Positions 59,619 through 64,000 of a stretch of DNA of 64,000 bases are shown one piece after another. Where the stretch lies: the NCBI GenBank assembly GCA_907165135.1, contig OU015566.1, positions 4,836,001 to 4,900,000 on the forward strand, read 5' to 3'. This DNA is from Oikopleura dioica. Its lineage: Eukaryota; Animalia; Chordata. Positions within the stretch are counted from its first letter, which is position 1. The number at the start of each line of letters is the position of its first letter. The translations under genes were made by a program, and so were the position numbers. The notes beneath the pieces are model-generated. The model had not been told where the DNA came from, did not search any database, and saw only the letters and a list, made by a program, of their open reading frames with translations.

Positions 59619-62600
59619 CTAAAGTTGGTTCATTTCTTCTTCGGGAGTAAATCGGAATCTTTGGGGGTGAATGTCATCACATGCTCGTAAATAAGCTCTT
59701 ATTTCAAGGTTTTAAAATCTAAGAGCTCTGAAAAAATTATCTATTTCTGTATTTTTTGAAAACCTTTCCTATCATCGCCTTTCAGAATTCTTCGATCAAG
59801 GCACTTCTTAAAATGTTCATTTTTCAAAAAGAAATCGCCCTGATTGTCAATTTTTCTGAAACTTGTCGCCGCCCGCAGTCCGATTTCTTCAGTTCTATTC
59901 ACAATTTGGAGTCTTATTTGATCCCCAGAAGCGACTTTCGGAAGAACGACAATGTCCAGACCCCCTTTTGAGCCAAAATTGATCAGTTGCCCGTTTGAAT
60001 TCAGTTCCCAAAGCTGTTCAAGAGGTCTTGTGTACAAGTAAAACCGACATTGCTCCCAAATCAGCTCTCCCACCGAGCTTATCGCCAAGCACCATTCCAA
60101 ATTCGGCGAATGAAGGAATCCAAACTGCCCTTCAATATCTTCTGGCGGCGAAAATTGTGGAAAAATATTTTCCAAAAACCAATCAAAAGGCTTGCACTTC
60201 AAATTTCTTCGCAACTCTTTTCTAGTTTCCAGCGACTTCGAATTTTTAAAAGAGTCCGGGGGAGAAAAATAAGATCTGCGGTAGACTTTTTCTTTGTATT
60301 CATCGAGCCAGACTTCAGCAAAGCGAACGAGATTTCGGGTCGGATCTCGGTGGTAAAATGGCTTTTCAGGAAACACGTGGCCTTAATTTTATAGTGATAA
60401 GCTCGGCTCGGTAAACTGTGCAGAAAACCTGAGTCAGGGTCTGAAATGAAAAGTGGTCTTTCATTTGAGATATTTTAGACTCTGACTCAGGTTTTCTTCA
60501 CAGGTTTCCGGGCTTTGATGATAAGAGGGCCCTAGAAAAGAGGTGACGTCAGGAGCCTACAAAAAAATTTCGAAAAATTTTGCGTGGGCGGCTATTCGGC
60601 TGCTGATTGGCCGGTAAGCCGAATCAAGGCTTCTGATTGAGTTAAAAGTTCAGGGCAAAATTCTCAAAATTTTTTTGTCGGTTCCCACTATTTTGCCCAA
60701 AAACGATGGTTTTCTCACCAATAATCGAGTAGGGAACAATTTCAATGCTCCCTCCGCAAGTCCACGTCCTCACGGACATTTCCACATTTTCCATTCCCCA
60801 GATATCCATCTGATCATCGTACCCGCCCAAGTGGTGAAACCAATTTTTCTCAATTGCATAGAGTCCTCCCGCCATCGCTGGCGATTTTATCCCTTCTGTC
60901 GTATCAGCTGGATAACCATCTTCGCCAAGTGAATGCCAATTGAATAAGAGTGCTTTGTCGAAGCCGCCAATTTGTGGACGGGAGTAGGGATCGTGGACGA
61001 ATTCGAATGTTAGTCGGTCGATGCAGGAAATGACTGGGACTGCGATTGAGGTCGGATTTTTGGATTGTTGAAATTAACGGTTCAAGCCAGCCATCGTTAC
61101 ATTCTTTTGAGGGCTTTTCTGGGATATGAATTTTGGATTTTTGAAAAAGGAAAGTCGAGGGAAAAACTCATAATTTTTGATTCTTCGAATGATTTTTAAG
61201 AATTTCATTTTCCTTAGCCATCAGGTTGGAACCTATTCGTAATTATGTTTTTCCCTTTGATATATATTTTTTTCCTTCAGGCTTTTTCCTTTTTTCAGTT
61301 AAAAAGCAAAATCGATTATGATCTTATTACTCATCAAAATGGAAGAGTTTCAAGAAGATGACATCGATTTTTCGGACATCGGAGAGGTTTTTTTCTAAAT
61401 TTTTTCAAAGTTTTTTTAAAGATTACTTGAGTCACTATTTACGGATGCTCATATTGTTGATATGGAGATAACAGACTCAAGCACGGCAGATACTGAGGAG
61501 ATGCGGGAACAAACGGACAATTTCGAAGATTTACACGATTCTGTCGAGAATACTGAAATCAACGAAAACCAAGAATCATGAAAATACTTCCTCTTCCTTC
61601 TCTTCCCCTTTTTATCAGAGGATCTGATTTAAACTCACAAAAAATGGGAAAAAAAGAAAAATAAAAAACTCTTACTTTCTTGAAAAAAAAAGCCGAATTA
61701 AAAGGCTCTCGTTTATATTGCCCTTTTACTACCACATTGAAGGTCAAAAACAGGCCAAAATGACTTAACATTCTTACGAAAAAATCATTTTCTGTGAACC
61801 TCCAACCATCAAAAGAGAAAAGCCCTTGACAATATGCGAGTCCAAAAAGACCAAAACGTCTCCTTTCGCCAGCGATGCCCCGATATTTCTCCCCTTGATC
61901 AAGCCAACTCGCTCCTTTAATCGAATCAGTCGGATTGGAATTGCAAAATTGATCTTTTCCTCCATCTCCTTTATTTTCTTATCCAGTCGTTCGCCGAGAA
62001 AAGTAAAATCAGAGTCGTCATCGATGAGGATAATTTCTTCCACAAGACCGAAAGGAGCGGTGTGAAGGACTGAAAAGACGGAGCGGAGGAGAGTAGACCA
62101 CGCTTCGTTGAAGAAATTGAAGATGATGGATGCTTTCTTAGGCGAGGATAAGAAGATGTTCTCATGACTCATTCAAGCTTCAAAATGGGATGGTGTCTGA
62201 AACCGACAAAAAAATTTCGACAAAATTTGCGTGGGCGGCTACTCGGCTGCTGATTGGTCGGTTTGCCGAATCCAGGCTTTTGTTTGGTTAAAAATTTCCA
62301 CGCAAAATTTGTCGGAATTTTTTGTCGGTTCCAGATGTCTACACTTCAAAAATTGGTTTTGGAGAAATTCAGCTGGACATGAAATGAAAAAGCTTTTCTT
62401 TTGGCAATACAGTCAGGATGACGATGCTCCCCAACTTTTCGATGAAGACCGATTTTGTCGGAGAGTAAATGATCGATTGTGTATTTTTCTATTATCTCCT
62501 AAAAATCTTCTTTTCGGTCTTTTTTTCCTTCCATTTTTCAAACCTGTTGTAAATTTTGAATATCCTTTTTAACCGGAACAAAATGAACCGCTTTCCCATT

Positions 62601-62876
62601 TGCGCCGAGCCTTTCATTTCCAGTTTCCAATCTTTCCAAAATCACGTCAGTTTTCTTCTTTTCCTCTCTTTTAACTCTTTCTCTTTTTACTTTTTGAATG
62701 TGAAAATGGGAAATAAAAACTACGATCAGGGCGATAAAAATGATCCAGAGTTTGTTTTTCATAAGAATTTTGATCATTTCGTCGCTGTTTACTTTTTTCC
62801 GAAGCACCGGTTTTTCGAACAAATTGACCGGTAGAAACAATTTTGGACTCAGCGCCGACCAGGATGGAAATATCAT
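59619..62876 (-). CDS. Polypeptide N-acetylgalactosaminyltransferase (GalNAc-T) with a ricin-type lectin domain
   Basis: Type II TM, FNEAWSTLLRSV, IILIDDDS, GLIKGRNIGA, FLDSH, GWLEPL, MAGGLYAI, WGMENVEMS, GHVF, RFAEVWLDEYK; frameshift at T5 61057-61061. Confidence 0.93.
60545..60690. mobile_element. Twin-CCAAT MITE family copy (intronic)
   Basis: ATTGG at 60606 and ATTGA at 60636. Confidence 0.8.
62188..62345. mobile_element. Twin-CCAAT MITE family copy (intronic)
   Basis: Family TIR and core sequence. Confidence 0.8.
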
Positions 62877-62940
62877 CGCGGCGGCGGAGCGGTTTTTTGA
62901 TCTCTTGAAAAAAAATATAATTTCAAAAACGATTTTTTTT

Positions 62941-64000
62941 TTATTTTTTCAGCGATTCGTAGAAAGCGATGGTTTCAGCAGAAAGCTCTTCCTTCCACCC
63001 CTTTGATTTTCCGGAGCGGAAGACAACGGCTTCTTCGAATTTGATTCCTAGCTTTTCGGCTTCTTTTTCTCGATGTTCTCGTGCTTTTTAATGTCGCTCT
63101 AGAAAAAATTGATGAGTCATCATACATGACTATTTCAAATAGTCTATTTGGGTCATAAGTTATGAGTCATAACTTATGAGTCATAAGACTTATGAGTCAT
63201 AAGACTTATGAGTCATAACTTATGAGTCATAAGTTATGACTCAGAACGCCTCTGAGCTTGGCTCGGTAATCTGTGTTGAAAACCTGAGTCAGGGTCCGAA
63301 ACTCATTTTAGCTCTTTTAGGCCCTGACTCAGGTTTTTCGCACAATTGCCGATCTCAGCCTCTGACTTAGGGTTCGAGAAAAACTCACCATTTCGACGAT
63401 TTTCGCCAAGTCGGCATTTTCGATTTCGAGAAATTTCAACAATCGGGAAATTTCTTTCGGTTTGTCAGCAACCACTTCTTTAAATTTGAAAACTAGAAAG
63501 AAATTTTCAACCTCATCCCTTTTTTTCGACTTACATTCAATTTTCAACTCAGGATGTTCTTTTGCGAATGCTTTCCATTGCTGATTGTATTCTTCTGGCG
63601 TTCCAAAGACTTGTTTTCCTTCGAACATGAATCTGGCAAACGTCTGGAGGTCGTCATAGATTCCGTGCTTTTTCATGTACGGTTCCATGAAGGGGAGTTT
63701 CTTGAAGAAATGAAAAGCAGAAACGACTACAGCGGGGGTGTCGCGCTCGATGAAGACGATTTTGCCCTTGTGGCCGAGCGGGAAGTTGCCAGGGTTGACA
63801 TGGCAGTGAGTCGTGTGGACCAGACCCTTGTGTTCGCGAATGGCGGCGAGTTGGTCGTCAAGAGCAGCGACGTTTGGGCGGAATTCCATCGGATGGAAGG
63901 TGTGCTAAATAGGTGGAATGAAAGAAAAATGATGAAGGAATACCTTGTCTTTTGCCACGAGCGTTTCCAATCGGGTGATTCCGATCGCGTCCAAAATCGA
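62941..64000 (-). CDS. Cytosolic sulfotransferase (SULT family); 5' end beyond the window
   Basis: HTTHCH, KIVFIERDTPAVVVSAFHF (3'-PSB-like), EISRLLKFLEI, FRSGKSKGWK (RKG..G.WK-like). Confidence 0.85.
63150..63240. repeat. Palindromic minisatellite TTATGAGTCATAA; similar ATATGAGTCATAT array at about 34010-34092
   Basis: Tandem copies visible. Confidence 0.85.

Overview
Eukaryotic, AT-rich, gene-dense window. Introns of about 40 nt, several GA-AG introns and trans-splice-like acceptors point (by inference) to an appendicularian tunicate such as Oikopleura. Bases 1-11080 are an almost complete, very young Ty3/Gypsy LTR element resembling the Oikopleura Tor retrovirus-like elements. The visible 170 nt of its LTRs are identical. 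It encodes gag, pol (PR-RT-RH-IN) and a class I fusion env, followed by about 2.2 kb of extra sequence that looks like a divergently transcribed two-gene accessory cassette with its own promoters. One of those ORFs is a Trp-rich, WG-motif, coiled-coil orphan. The element sits antisense in an intron of a haem-peroxidase gene, which also carries an exonic hAT MITE that could be spliced out in frame. The rest of the window holds host genes: paired secreted Cys-rich paralogues, a Ly6/uPAR-like gene, SMIM14, an alpha-1,4-glycosyltransferase with a nested LITAF gene, tandem coiled-coil paralogues, a SEA/mucin-like gene, a multipass membrane protein, a GalNAc-transferase and a sulfotransferase. Many MITEs and minisatellites are interspersed. 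Several single-base frameshifts fall in A/T homopolymers, which suggests residual sequencing errors. No CRISPR, rRNA or tRNA genes were seen. All exon models were read by eye and no database searches were run.
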